From the IMG/VR virus record IMGVR_UViG_3300034358_000008, positions 1 through 64,000 of that record: a stretch of 64,000 bases of DNA; one strand, given 5' to 3'. Position 1 is the first letter of the stretch; each line of letters opens with the position of its first letter. The notes under the pieces were generated by a model that made no database searches, was not told where the DNA came from, and saw only the letters and a list, made by a program, of their open reading frames with translations. Positions 63,503 through 64,000 of this stretch are shown here, in pieces. A program made the position numbers and the translations under genes.

Positions 63503-64000
63503 GTGGCTTTGAGTAATATTGCACCAGCGTTGGAAACAAAAGCTAAATGGGACGAACGTCTTAGCTGTTTGCATTTGGTTGGGCCTGGAGGTCAGCGTCG
63601 GAAACACATCGACGATCATGCGTGGTGTATCTTGACGGAAGAAACCGCTAAACGAATTGGTCGCTACCTGCAACAGTTCAATAGCGTTATTGAAGTATTC
63701 GCAGGAACAGGTTATATTGCTTCTCATCTCCGTGAGCATTCCGGGTTGGGGCGTAAGTATCGGGCGTATGATCCATGTCGCTCTCATTGGAGGCGTACCG
63801 AACGACCTAACTACGGGTTTACACGTAAAGGTTGCTTTAACGTCAACCTGAAGAAAGCTGATTGCATCGTAATGACTTGGCCTAACTACAACGATAATCT
63901 CGGTTACCGAGTAGCTCGTAAAATGGTGTCAGGCCAACGGATGATTTATCAGGGTGAGGGTACTGGCGGGTGCACTGGATGTGACAAGTTCCATGAATAC
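63503..64000 (+). CDS. SAM-dependent methyltransferase-like protein, 3' partial (not in the ORF track)
   Basis: AGGAGG SD + GTG; frame open to the window end; VIEVFAGTGY (motif I), MTWPNY and IYQGEGTGGCTG. Confidence 0.75.
   Translation, partial: MALSNIAPALETKAKWDERLSCLHLVGPGGQRRKHIDDHAWCILTEETAKRIGRYLQQFNSVIEVFAGTGYIASHLREHSGLGRKYRAYDPCRSHWRRTERPNYGFTRKGCFNVNLKKADCIVMTWPNYNDNLGYRVARKMVSGQRMIYQGEGTGGCTGCDKFHEY

Noticed and set aside
1-64000. CRISPR array, rRNA, tmRNA, IS transposase, integrase or intein
   Set aside because: I saw no regularly spaced direct repeats, no rRNA or tmRNA termini, no transposase or integrase motifs, and no intein ends in nrdA, nrdB or terL.

Overview
This 64-kb window looks like part of a phiKZ-related (Chimalliviridae-like) jumbo phage genome. 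That call is an inference from a phiKZ gp25-type large terminase, repeated TATATTAC early-promoter motifs, TATG late-promoter motifs, and head proteins carrying S/A/G-x-E maturation sites. Recognisable genes are thyA (5' partial), a DRB0094/Rnl5-family RNA ligase, a GNAT acetyltransferase, a ParB/Srx-like protein, an RlmN-like radical SAM enzyme, nrdA and nrdB, DHFR, a DUF1353 protein, the large terminase, virion proteins and a 3'-truncated SAM-dependent methyltransferase missed by the ORF track. There are three tRNA genes (Trp-CCA, Asn-GTT, Tyr-GTA). Most other ORFs are small hypothetical proteins, many in locally expanded paralog families. The most striking unexplained signal is an RNA-centred region at about 32-51 kb. 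It holds several long non-coding, helix-rich segments: about 460 nt at 32.3-32.8 kb with a pseudoknot, about 270 nt at 39.0-39.2 kb, about 310 nt behind tRNA-Trp, tRNA-like elements with CCA ends, and a ~105-nt anti-Shine-Dalgarno sRNA candidate. One 10-mer, ATAGTATGTA, precedes four minus-strand RNA units, two of which are tRNA units. Nearby are a TYW3-like gene pair and an RlmN-like enzyme that lacks the resolving cysteine. All structures were folded by eye and all family assignments come from remembered motifs; no searches were run.
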